From contig NMRA01000104.1 of the NCBI GenBank assembly GCA_002633005.1, forward strand, positions 268,070 through 332,069: a stretch of DNA of 64,000 bases, given 5' to 3'. How positions within the stretch are numbered: position 1 is the stretch's first letter; each line of letters starts with the position of its first letter. This document shows, in pieces, positions 29,101 to 39,400 of the stretch. Under the pieces are notes generated by a model. The model ran no database searches and was not told where the DNA came from. It was given only the letters and a program-made list of their open reading frames with translations. This DNA comes from Phoronis australis (Eukaryota > Animalia > Phoronida). Position numbers and translations under genes: made by a program.

Positions 29101-32100
29101 CTAATGTGGCGAGTCCAAATGTTCCAGTTGTGGAACACAAGGATATAGTGAGCAACACACGCAGTATTGCTGCATTGGCTGCTGTTAAGAAACGACATAA
29201 ACAGCTGGACCCTGTGGACAGGCTGATGTTGTTTGATGCCAAGTTGAACACAACGTATGTGTCAATCAACTCTCACCTCGACCAGTTAGATGCTCCCCAC
29301 GGGGACAACTATCTCAGTACTAGTCGACTAGCTTACCATGACAAGAAGTTTGGCTCAGTGGCCAATGTGAAGTCACTGGCCGATGATGCGGCGTCATTTA
29401 GATCGTTTGATAAACGCAGCATGGTGACGGACACTGGGCTTCTAAAATCGAACAGAAATAAAACAAAGAAAAGTAAAGGTGCTACCAGGACGCTGTACAG
29501 AAATGACCGGTCCAAGAATCGGGTGGTAGTGGACAATAACTTGAGTTATCAACAGGTGGGTGTTAGTTATGAATTTATCTTCAAAGAAGAGTGAAGAGTT
29601 GCAAAATAGTAATAGAGTATTAACTTCAAACTGTCTTTACTTCAAAGACGGCTCAACTTCACTTTGAATTGGATGTGGTGTTCAGTCGTATCTGATGGTC
29701 TACTACATTTAACATGATACAACACCCTGCTTGATTTGTTCACAATAATGCACTTGGTCCAAACGTGTCAGTTCACAACACAACTCTTTGGTTATCCTCA
29801 ATAATTGTGCATTAGCTGTTCTGGTGATTCAGTGAAGGGTTGTCCCGGTGATTATTTAAATATTTTTTATCTTTTCTGGTAATTTGGTGAATACTTATTC
29901 CATTTATGTTAACGTTTGATTTCAAACTTAGTTTAGTGTCTGTCATTCACAAGTTGTTTTGGACCATTTTTTGTTTTAATCACACTCCTGACCCTATATT
30001 TGTTGCACAGATGTCCCCCGAGGAGTTTTTCCGTCAGGTATGTCTTTAGTGTATGACTGTAAGTCCAGCTTGCAAGATTCCAAGCGATTATTTTAACCTT
30101 GCTTTTTGATATGCAATTGGTGCTGGGTTGACTTTGTGTTATTTGTTTTCAAATTAAAACGTTTTCTTTCCAGGTTTTTCTGTACATGGTCATGGTGTCT
30201 TTAAATGTCACCCAATCTATTGCCCGTACTTTCCTGCTTGTACTGAAGTCTGGCATTTATGCTATATTTGAAAACACGTTACTGCTTTTTTTGGTTTTTC
30301 TTTAATTTAATTTTGCATGTCTTAAAGTGATGAGGGGCTTTTTACCTTGCGCATCACTTTTGAGAATGTGATGTTATTGTTGAGTCATACACGCATGCGT
30401 CATTGCTGTAGTTTGTCCCATCCACACCACTTGTATGTTTACGTGGACTTGCAGCCTACCCAGCCAGTCAGCCTGTGTTGTTTCATAATGTGGATTTGTT
30501 GCATGGCATTATGTGTTCACTGTTGCATATAATCAACGACCACTCCATCATCCAATAAAAATGTCACTGCCACATACTGCAAAACAGCGGCGCTGGTAGA
30601 ATAAATCCCTATTACCTTTATCTGTCTGTTGATTATCTTAAGATCTGCTTAACAGATTGTGATGAAATGTGGCAGAGTGATATGGCAGGGATACTCCGGC
30701 AGCACTTGATTTTCTGACAGACTCGACTGCTGTGGTGCACCCCCAATAGTTATAGTTTTCAATATATTCCTTGTCTGCCAATTTTTGTCAAAACAACTTC
30801 TGCTGAAATTTGGCGCATAGATTTGTAGTGGGAATGCATCAGTTGAGTTATGGATAACCATGGCATAGCCTATTTGCCATTTTAGTTTTTGGCAAAAATC
30901 CTTGTCTGTCAGTTTTTGGCAAAGCGACGAATTTTGCCGAAATTTGACAGGTATGTGGTGTGGATGCATCAGCATCACTTGATTTTTACGTATTTGACTA
31001 CCATGGCACCCCCTGTTGGCCATTTTGGTTTCTAACAAAGCATTGCTTGTCTATCGTTTATTTTCAAAATGCTGATGAAACTTGACACTGAAATATGTGC
31101 ATCGGCAGTGTTTGATTTTCACATAAATTTCACTTAATTTCAGTTTTTGGCAATATTTTGCTTGTCTGTTGATAGTTTACAAAATGGTTTGTCAAATTTT
31201 GATGGAACTTGACACAAAGATAAATGATGATTTTCATACAGACTAACACCCCTTTTGGTCACTTTAATTTTTTTCAAGGCGTTGCTTGTCTGTTGATTGT
31301 CAACATTAAATGTCTCGACGTATTTTTTGATGTACATCAGTCCATTTCATTTTGATGTACGATCGCAATTAATGAAATTATTTTAAAATTAACTGATTAA
31401 AAGCATTGTGGATGCATTTCAACAAATTGCATTGCTCTTGTTTGATTCAGATTCAAGAATTAAAACTTATAAACGAGCTAGTATGTACTATTCTCTATAA
31501 TGAATTAACTCTGTTGTGCATAGTTCTGCATGCAAGTACACGGTAAATGCATCTAAAAACATAGATCACATGGGGAACAGTGCTGTGACTGAGAAATCAA
31601 ACGTGGTATTCATTTGATCACAAGCATATTTTACAATTTCTATGAATTCAATGCTTACATCACTAAGTTTTGTTTACTTTCTCGAGGTTTGCACCAGTTT
31701 TACCATGGCTGCTGGCTGCTGGCTATAATTCAAGCAACAAATATTAATCTCGATTTCTTTTCAGTTGGCTCGTGGAAGTGTCCGTAAAACTGATAACAAG
31801 GCATCATCCAATATTCCACTTTCCAAATCTGTTCAGAAGAAGCGTCAGCTGAGTCGCCAGAAGCACACAGCTCGCCCTGGTGAGTAGACATGCTGTTTTA
31901 CCACTGTGCTCATACAATATGGTGTTTGTCAGTTTTGCATGAATTGGAATGAAGCTCTGTAATTTCACGTGTCCAATTTCATGCTCTAATTCTGTTAAGT
32001 AGCTGGGGGATGCTTGTGGACATCACACTTGCACTTATTGAATGGCGTAGAATATCATTTATTTATGAGTACAGACAACAGAGCTTGGACTTTTCCTCTT

Positions 32101-33574
32101 TTAAGAGGATTTCCTCTTGTCTAGTTTCCGTTTCAATTTCCTCTTTGTGATTTTTGGTTTCCTCTTTTTTTGTCTCGTTTTATCATTATTTTGACTTTAT
32201 TCATGCAAAAATATTTATTATTTCACTTACTAATAAATTTTACAGCTGCACAAAGAAATATTTCTACCACACAAGCCTGTTAATTTATGAAACGATGCAT
32301 CACCCAGAAAATTTTCCTCTTTTTTGTGATTAGTCATTCCAACCCCCGAGTCAGATGTATTTGGGGGTTGAAGGGGTTTAAACCCCCTTGGGAGGGCAAA
32401 ATGCTTCCAGCACAACAAAAGAACATTGTGGTTACAGGAAACTCCGTCGCTAAATTGGTTGTTCCACTCCTGGTACTCAGTACTATAACATATTCTATCC
32501 TTTCAGACTTGGTTAGTTAATAGGACTGAATTGCGAACTTGGAACAATTTTTTAATTTAAAAATAACTCAAGCTATTCCCATGTACTTTAATCTGACATA
32601 CAACAGAATGTTCACCAGGTTTACAGCAAATGAATTTTACTGCCTATCTGATTGCAGTGATCAGTGACATTCGAGAATTTGACACGACTCCAACTCCCCC
32701 CAGCACAGTGTACCAGCTGAATGGGGGGGACAAGACCAAGCCATTGACCGTACAGAAACGATATAGAGGTGAGTCATCTACCCCCAGCCACTTGTTAAAG
32801 TAAATAATAGTGCCTGAAAACTCTGGCCAACAATTGTGTGTAATTGTGCGGTCACCCTCAACCAGTCTGACATGGTTAATTCGCTAGTGTTGGGGTGTGG
32901 GTACATGGAGTTACATTGCTTCACACTGCAGTCACAAGACAACTGAAATTTTTGCATCACACTTGTGCTTTTAGCTGCGATAAAGTTATGTTTTATTGTT
33001 TTTTTTAAATTTTGTGTTTGTAATAAGCAGTGTAGCTGTAAAGGGAAAAGTCTGCAATTTTTACATTTTGGCATGTTTTGACCTAAAATGACCCAGATAA
33101 CTGATCACGAAAATTCAAGCATCCACAAAACTAGAAACTGAGATCACAATAACTCATCACCGATATTTTTTTTTGTTTAATTTCTCCTGAACTGGTATCC
33201 AGTTATCAAAAATTCATAGACCCTATCATTTGCCAAAAATGTCCATTGAGGGTATAGTGATGGTGAATGATGCGCACTCATCATGCTAATTCCTCACACA
33301 AAAATTTGACACTAGCGAATTTTACCGACACAGACTCATGGATGGCTGGCATTAATGTAATTCAGCTTAACAGACATTTTCAGTCGATTGTGTAATTACG
33401 TTATTTGCCATTGACACTGTTGTACATTGTCATTCTTCACCAACAGCTCCTGACTCCAACACTAGCACTCCTCAGATGAACCCTGGACTGAGAAACGGTC
33501 GGCGGCCTCCTCCCACAATCCCAGCCTCATATCGACGTGGAGACATTTCAGTCACTGGCTTTGGTCTTAAATGA
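11165..33574 (+). CDS. KIF19: Kinesin-like protein KIF19 (kinesin-8 family), 19 coding exons, ~1047 aa
   Basis: join(11165..11191,11890..11970,14963..15073,17895..17982,18245..18381,20627..20752,21901..22180,22411..22592,23148..23295,25350..25592,25899..26080,26399..26612,27394..27509,28149..28300,28880..29555,30011..30037,31765..31879,32658..32768,33447..33574). All introns are GT-AG, phases are consistent, total 3144 nt. Motor motifs: P-loop GATGAGKT, switch I NLTSSRSH, switch [21 protein letters not shown]19-type segments: [53 protein letters not shown]. Confidence 0.93.
11890..11970 (+). CDS. KIF19: KIF19 exon 2 ([12 protein letters not shown]...)
   Basis: Kinesin beta-1 RxRP motif; TAG| and |GTAAGC sites. 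Confidence 0.9.
13096..13330 (+). repeat. Dispersed repeat fragment with a CAGGG start, possibly hAT-like; second copy at ~32078-32340
   Basis: Shared blocks TTTCCTCTTTAAGAGGAT and TTTTATCATTATTTTGACTTTA.TCATGCAAAAA in both copies. Confidence 0.6.
14963..15073 (+). CDS. KIF19: KIF19 exon 3 ([16 protein letters not shown]...FDSVFD)
   Basis: Motor domain sequence; CAG| and |GTATGT. Confidence 0.95.
17511..17589 (+). repeat. Short direct repeat (ATTTACATAGTACACTCAGCCACCATACTTGCAC x2)
   Basis: Seen directly. Confidence 0.85.
17895..17982 (+). CDS. KIF19: KIF19 exon 4 (...[12 protein letters not shown])
   Basis: First half of the P-loop; CAG| and |GTTCGT. Confidence 0.95.
18245..18381 (+). CDS. 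KIF19: KIF19 exon 5 (GAGKTHTM...MSYFE)
   Basis: P-loop GKT; CAG| and |GTAGGT. Confidence 0.95.
20627..20752 (+). CDS. KIF19: KIF19 exon 6 ([12 protein letters not shown]...)
   Basis: Kinesin EIYNE.IRDLL motif. Confidence 0.95.
21247..21378. mobile_element. Small MITE-like element
   Basis: Imperfect TIRs CATAGGCAGATCTAGG / CCTGGATCCGCCCCTG; no clear target-site duplication. Confidence 0.45.
21901..22180 (+). CDS. KIF19: KIF19 exon 7 (switch I and II)
   Basis: SSRSH, DLAGSER and [13 protein letters not shown]. Confidence 0.97.
22411..22592 (+). CDS. KIF19: KIF19 exon 8 ([17 protein letters not shown]...)
   Basis: C-terminal end of the motor domain. Confidence 0.97.
23148..23295 (+). CDS. 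KIF19: KIF19 exon 9 (neck and coiled coil, [16 protein letters not shown]...)
   Basis: Kinesin-8 neck sequence; CAG| and |GTAGGC. Confidence 0.93.
23432..23806. mobile_element. MITE with ~29-bp terminal inverted repeats in KIF19 intron 9
   Basis: GGAGTCTAATCTTTGTACTTTAAATCAAA vs reverse complement of TTTGATTTCAAGTACAAAGATTAGACTCC (1 mismatch); inner TGCTCGAGTAC / GTACTCGAGCA pair. Confidence 0.75.
24408..25156. mobile_element. Non-autonomous DNA transposon with long TIRs and TTAA target-site duplication (Kolobok-like)
   Basis: TTAA|AGAAAAATTCCAGGAC ... ATCTTGGAATTTTTCT|TTAA. Inverted similarity extends over 100 bp (TTTCCCGAAAC / GTTTCGGGAAA). AG..CT termini with TTAA fit Kolobok better than piggyBac. 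Confidence 0.8.
25350..25592 (+). CDS. KIF19: KIF19 exon 10 (coiled coil)
   Basis: AFRDQMELR segment; phase 1-1. Confidence 0.9.
25899..26080 (+). CDS. KIF19: KIF19 exon 11 (...EPEEVREAR...)
   Basis: CAG| and |GTACGT; phase consistent. Confidence 0.9.
26399..26612 (+). CDS. KIF19: KIF19 exon 12 (ELPR...LLCKVHE...RALID)
   Basis: KIF19 stalk signature; donor G|GTAAGT. Confidence 0.93.
26605..26706 (+). repeat. 23-nt minisatellite x4 containing the exon 12 splice donor
   Basis: Unit TATTGATGGTAAGTGGTGTCATC at 26605, 26628, 26651 and 26674. Confidence 0.97.
27394..27509 (+). CDS. KIF19: KIF19 exon 13 (...[12 protein letters not shown]...)
   Basis: KIF19-like LEELYE.YL; CAG| and |GTACTA. Confidence 0.88.
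28149..28300 (+). CDS. KIF19: KIF19 exon 14 (tail)
   Basis: Open frame; TAG| and |GTACGT; phase 0-2 fits neighbours. Confidence 0.8.
28880..29555 (+). CDS. KIF19: KIF19 exon 15 (large Ser/Pro/Lys-rich tail exon)
   Basis: Lies within ORF 28833..29594; CAG| and CAG|GTGGGT. Confidence 0.88.
30011..30037 (+). CDS. KIF19: KIF19 27-nt microexon (MSPEEFFRQ)
   Basis: CTGAC branch-like site, TTGCACAG| acceptor, CAG|GTATGT donor, phase 0-0. Confidence 0.65.
30620..31443 (+). mobile_element. Degenerate Helentron/DINE-1-like (HINE) element
   Basis: Internal TGAAATTTGGC...CCCCCTGTTGGCCATTTT repeats; 3' end GCATTTCAAC...TTGCTCTTGTTT shared with the 56815-57635 element. Confidence 0.55.
31765..31879 (+). 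CDS. KIF19: KIF19 exon 17 (basic tail, LARGSVRK...KKRQLSRQK)
   Basis: TTTTCAG| and G|GTGAGT; open frame. Confidence 0.8.
32078..32340 (+). repeat. Dispersed repeat fragment, same family as 13096-13330
   Basis: Colinear similarity to 13096-13330. Confidence 0.6.
32658..32768 (+). CDS. KIF19: KIF19 exon 18
   Basis: GCAG| and G|GTGAGT; phase 1-1; open frame. Confidence 0.78.
33447..33574 (+). CDS. KIF19: KIF19 terminal coding exon (...[11 protein letters not shown])
   Basis: CAG| acceptor, phase 1, TGA at 33572-33574, followed by AT-rich UTR-like sequence. Confidence 0.78.
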
Positions 33575-34327
33575 ATTCAACGCCTGGCCTGCACATTTTT
33601 TCGTCTCGTAGGACTCTCATATTTTGTACAGGCTAGAAGCATTTTATTATCTTGCTTTGAACTATCTTTACAAGTAATGCAATTTGAATCTCTTGAAATG
33701 ACAGTCACACAGGGTATTTATTGTTGTTTAAATCTTTTACACGAGACACTCTCAAACATTCCATTTCAAGTTATCGTAAAAGGGTAGGGTAATGACAGAC
33801 CATTTTTGTTTAAAATACACGAACCATCTTCTCATATTATCAATCTATTTTGTCCTACAAAACGACCCCCAGATTCATTAATCGTGCTTGACATTTATTC
33901 TTGGTGTGATTGTTTTGATTTGCATTGTGATTTTTACGAAAAATCAATTTTTGATAGTATGCTTATGCCTCAGTGCTGTCTACTCCACTGTATTTTTTGT
34001 TTTATCGCCCCCTGTTGGTCAGTGCATGTAGCTCGTGTTATAGCTTTGTCAGTCTTGTATGTTTATATTAAATTATACAATTACTGATGTCACCAGCACA
34101 GTTCAGAATTTGTAAAATAATCATTTTGAAGATCTTGTTTGTATAATGTGGTAAATTCATTTATTGTTAATTTCTAATGTATATTTTGATAGAACAATGT
34201 TGTTGATTGTAAGTACAATTCTTTATTGCTACTTCATTGTATGCTAGAACTATTGGGCTGTTTGCCAGACACGTTGCTGACAATGCAGCACTTTTATACA
34301 GACATTTGTTAAGTGCATACTACATTC

Positions 34328-34333
34328 AATAAA
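34328..34333 (+). terminator. Candidate KIF19 polyadenylation signal AATAAA
   Basis: AATAAA followed by a T-rich tract about 750 nt after the stop. Confidence 0.5.
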
Positions 34334-34959
34334 ATTGAAAACAGAACCTTTTTTTCTTGTCCATTTACATTTTTTAATCGTGTGCATTTAGACACAAAAT
34401 TATGAGAAAACACTTTGATTGGAGGCTAATCTAAGAATTAAAATGTTTACTCAGTCTTAGCCATACCTAAAATTCATATCTCATATCTCGTCGAGAAAAG
34501 CAACTTGCAGAAAACAGCAACAGCGCGAAACTGAACCCACTAGCTCTGTAGTAGCAGTGGAATGTTCTGCCACTGAGTCAAATTTCACCAGTTAAACACT
34601 TAGCAGCATATTTAAATGGTAAAGACACTGGCCTTCATTTCATTTAGTATCTGGCATATAACTGCAAGAATTGGTGAACAACTCAAACAGTTGTTTTATA
34701 GCTCAAATCAAAGCTAATAACTTCAAAAAATAATCATCTGTGTTGTTTCCAGTAGTACAAACCTACCAATTTTCACGATTCTTGAAGTGATTTATCAGAT
34801 AGAGAGGACACCAAAAACCAGACTCAAAAATAATAAAGATAGGCTCTAAGTGGCATACAATACGTCTAATTTACGTCGCAGTCTCTCTAATAGAAACCTA
34901 TAAGTTAAATTTTATGAAAATTTGTTAAGGAACTCCTAAGATATAGAGGAAAACAAAGC

Positions 34960-35400
34960 TCCTTCAAGGGGTTCATGAAAGACGGCTGCAGACTCCAAAA
35001 GAAAACTGCCACTAGGAGGTGTTACAATAGTCAGAGCAGTCCAAAAATAAACGTCAGTCAACAATTTCCCAATAAGAATATATGCACCAATTTTCATGAT
35101 CACCATCAGAAAAGTTTGGCCAATAGAGGGGGGATGCCAAAACAAAACAACGAAAATGGTAAAACTGAATGTACACTAGGTGACGCAAATACATCAAATC
35201 CAACCAAAGGCGTCGTCGTCTCTTTGATACTTATTTGCTAGCTTTTATGATAACGAGTCAGGAATTCCAAAGATGGCAAACGTAAAAATACTAAAATTGC
35301 CACTAGGTGGCACAACCGCAGTTGGATCTGTCCGAAATAATGTCCCTTTGTCATACGTATGTCATGCCCTAGTATAATTTGTGACATAAATATTCCGGCC
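34960..35400 (-). mobile_element. HINE/DINE-1-like internal fragment between the KIF19 and ERI2 3' ends
   Basis: Reverse-complement similarity to ~57000-57370 (CCTAGTGGCA(A/G)TTTT and TGAAAATTGG motifs). Confidence 0.6.
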
Positions 35401-35675
35401 AGATAACAACCTAATCTGAACATGACAGGTGCTGAAACATGGCGCAAGCTTCAGTCAAAATTAAATAGTACACGAACTGAAAAAAAGAATCGTATCAACT
35501 AACGATCAAAAATTCAGTAAAATCTACCGAAATCTTGGTAATATCTGTTTGCATCATATTACAGATTTTCAGTGGAATTCTACCCCTGTTCAAAGTACCA
35601 ATTGCTTAATAATTTATAGCAAAAATCAAATTCTTACTACACATGTAAACACACAGCACCACTGTGCATGTAAAG

Positions 35676-36491
35676 CTACAGAGTCAAGTCAAAGTCTGGC
35701 TGGGCTAGTTGTCTCTTAGTGCCAGTGCCTAAAGATCCAACACTCATCCTAACTGTGTCCAAAATCTGTTTACAGCTACTGAAAACCTCTGTCTCCCACT
35801 TAAAGAAACCACAGCCAGTTTTTGTGCCACTCTGACCTTTCCATCCATGCGGACACGAATAAAAACATCGGCCCAAATTAGAACCAGGTGACTGGACAAA
35901 TTTCTTATGTGTACGCCTTCCACAATTGCACATGGGTGGTGTCACCGAGTACTGCCGTCCAGAGTGGTATGTTGAAAATGGTGTCAATTTGCTAGAGCTA
36001 ACAACACTTAAATTTTTTGAGTGGCCAGTTGACACAAGACTTGTATGAAGGTGTTCTGTGCCCGAGTGACCTCGTGTCTTAAGATGTGTGTGCCTCCTAG
36101 TGTCTGATAAGATAGGTGTAACAAATTTATACTTCACCGACGAGTTAGTATCGATTGTTGAGCACACTGTACTGGACACTCTCTGGACAGGTGTTTTAAA
36201 AGTGTCACAACTCTTGGAATTTGACGACAAAGCACAACCGTCACGTAAATTGTTGTCTTGATCTTTCATCTTCATTGTGTCCACACTTTGCTGTTCCTTG
36301 ACAGTACTAAATTTCTTACGAACTTGATCGTGCAAGCTGAGTGAGTTTTGGCACGACTGTAACTTCAAACTCGCGCACTTGGTCTCTAAGAGTACATCTG
36401 ACCCATTATTTGCTGCTACAACTTCCACTATAGCTTTCACTTCTGTATGTGGTGCAAATGTCGTCGTATTATCCGACCTGAATTTGTCAGG
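35676..36491 (-). CDS. ERI2: ERI2 exon 9 (low-complexity linker plus GRF zinc finger, stop TAG)
   Basis: ORF 35676..36440 extended to acceptor TTTAG|CCT at 36491. Confidence 0.9.
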   Translation of the reverse strand, partial: PDKFRSDNTTTFAPHTEVKAIVEVVAANNGSDVLLETKCASLKLQSCQNSLSLHDQVRKKFSTVKEQQSVDTMKMKDQDNNLRDGCALSSNSKSCDTFKTPVQRVSSTVCSTIDTNSSVKYKFVTPILSDTRRHTHLKTRGHSGTEHLHTSLVSTGHSKNLSVVSSSKLTPFSTYHSGRQYSVTPPMCNCGRRTHKKFVQSPGSNLGRCFYSCPHGWKGQSGTKTGCGFFKWETEVFSSCKQILDTVRMSVGSLGTGTKRQLAQPDFDLTL

Positions 36492-39400
36492 CTAAATGGG
36501 TAAAATAATGTTAAATACAGGTTAAAATATCATAACAGGGCATTTATTTTTAATGTAACTCAAAACAAAATAGTATTAAGAATAAAACCAAAATGTTGAT
36601 CACAATAAAATCATGTTCTCTAAAAATATCACAGTTTCACTTGATGATCCTCTTGCAATACCTGTCACAATGTCCTTTCAATATTTATTAGATATTTGGC
36701 TTAAATCAAGTCCTCACCAATGACTTAGTTGTCTGCATCACACATCCATCACAAATCATTTTCCATGTCAATTTCACTGTGTTTCTTGCATCAATAATTC
36801 CTGGAACAAATAACACACGCCGTGTTGTAGTAAATTTATAACGTTGAAACAAAACTGCCAGAGAGCCGTCTCCTTAAACAACAAAAAGCATGCAGTTTTC
36901 TTATGTGGTTGTCATGGAAACAATAAATGTCACAGTACTACTACAACAACTTGAAATTTAAGAATACAAAGTTTAAGGACTATTCCAAAAACTACGAAGA
37001 ACAATGGAATTATATCAAGTATTTGAATAATGCAAATCTTGAACGGACGTGGAAATATGGATCACAAACATTTTTAAGTCAGGCCTGCACGCCACCTGCT
37101 GGCCACAACAAGTGGTGTGCAGACCAGACTTAAAAATGTTTGCGAGATAGTGAGTAATAATAAAAAGAACTGCTGATCAAGCGGCAGCCAAGTGAATATA
37201 CAAAAACAAATTAAAAGCTTTCTTTCACACCTGAGTGCTCTCTTCCTTCAAATTCAATGCCAAGGTCCTGCAAAGCCCCGTTCAGTCCATTTGGCTTTCG
37301 CTCATAAAATTTCTGAAACAAAGTATGCAACAACCTAATCATCCCATGTCGACACTCAATGACAAGATACCGATAATAAGTTGTACATTGACCCTCCCAT
37401 TGATTACTAGCCTAAGATACAGTGAAGGTTTTGATTGACATCAACTAAATACAAATGACATCGTGACTGAGTCGAGTTCAATGACTGTCTTGCAGCAAGA
37501 AAAATCAATCAAAATGAGGGCTCTCACTGAAAATACAAAACAATATCTTGCTGAATCTCGCGAGATCTTGCTTTTCTAGGGAGACAGAGTCATTGAACTT
37601 GACCCAGGACAAGCACAAGCAATATCCATACTAACAAAACATGCCACGCTCTTTTGTTCATAGAATGATAGGCAACTAGACTAAACTGTTCTAGAGAGTG
37701 GCATTTGGCAAACTTGGGTTAATCAACAAGAAAAAGAGGAATGAACAGTCAATAAAAGAACAGTCGTCAGAAAATCTTACAGCTGATGGACATGCATGAA
37801 AATACTGAACTGTGATGGATTTCATTTATTTGTCAGACCAGCAAGAAAAGAACTGGAAGCCGTTTACCAATACACGCAAGCAAAGGGATTAAAAATAACA
37901 ATAATGGGACAGTGGTGATGTAATTTTGTAACAGAAAGTCTGACACATCACTTAGGCCTTCTTCAGGGCCATTGCAGACATTGTGCTACAATTTCACTGC
38001 TCAATTTCAACACGCCTGCTTGAGGAGTTTTGCGTTTAAAGCCTATCTTCAACGGTAACACATGTAAATTCGGTTCCTACAGAATGTTAAAAGCATCGCT
38101 TTTAGCCCACTAGTGCCATAAATTGCCAAATGTAACGAACTATTAGGCGTATAGAGCTTGCTTTTGTCTACGTCACGGCGAGAATCACCTTTTAATTCAA
38201 ACAGCTGCGAATAACACCTGCACGCAATGGTGTTCTATTCAGACCCCTATTCAATACATCCTTTTGCTGTTTGTGCTGGGATCTCGCAGTGACGCAAAAT
38301 GGCACAAAAAGGCAGCTTCACTTATCATTTGATGGGCTTACACTTGCCTGATAAAATTCGCATTTTCTTATTTTACTAAATCTTTGCTAGGACTATCTGG
38401 TTGGCCAAATACGTCTAAAGTAACAAAATTCCGTTGAAGTTAGGCAGTTTTCACTGAAACTGCTTTACTTGCAAAGCATCATTTTCTAATGCTTTGACAA
38501 GTGAAACACTGACCAACATGGTGTTCAAGTGCTTCATCTTCCATTCAGCATTTCGAGCAGTGGGCTTCTGTTGCTCGACCGAATGTTTTCTTATGTTTCT
38601 GCAGGTTACAGTGACCTGATATCACTGCATTTTGCAGTTGAGACCTGGTCATACTCTAAAGCTTGGTAGTAAGACTAAAAGTTATCCAGCTCACCACCCC
38701 TTTTGTTCTTCTACAGTCACTTCTTTTAGTGAACGATTGGATTAATTACCCTGTAGGTGGCTCTCAAATCAATCCAGCTAACCATTGCTGGTGGTACTCT
38801 CAGTTGTTTCCTACGGCACTCATAAAAGAGACAGGTTCCTATGTCCCAGTCTAAAATGAAAAACCAAAATCCTTACTCAATTTAAGTGAAAATTAATATA
38901 AAAGGCTCTAACAACACAGTTAAAACCAACAAATCTTAATTTGGCAACATTAATAAAGGGTCATAGCACTTTGCTGAAAAAAACATATTTGTAATTTTGT
39001 GCAATACAAGTTGCTTGGAAATTCACTTTTAGCCCAGGGCAAATCAAAAAGGATTGTAAGTGACTGACATGTGATCTGCCACGAGTACCATGTGACAGAC
39101 ATGTAACCAGTAACTAGCATCAACTCATAACGATACAAGGGGGGAGGGGGCGACCAGTGAAAACTGTTTGCCTAACTCAAAAGGCACCCTTAAATCCACC
39201 AGATCTAAGCCATGACACAAGTATTAAAATTGATGCACATTTGCTATAACAAATGGACTTTTTGATAACATATTTAACAGTTCTAAATAAAGGTGTCATG
39301 TCAAAAATTATGGATAAATGCCAGACCACTATTAATCTTCATAGAGAAAAAACACTCTCTGAGAAGACAGGACATCAAGTTGAAACCAAACAAAATGTTT

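Noticed and set aside
28980-29536. Antisense ORFs overlapping KIF19 exon 15, and similar shadow ORFs over other exons
   Set aside because: Expected by-product of stop-poor coding sequence on the opposite strand.
36790-37245. HSGIID instead of HSGLDD as a sign of inactive ERI2
   Set aside because: The catalytic His and the Asp five residues later are retained, as are DxE and the ExoII Asp.
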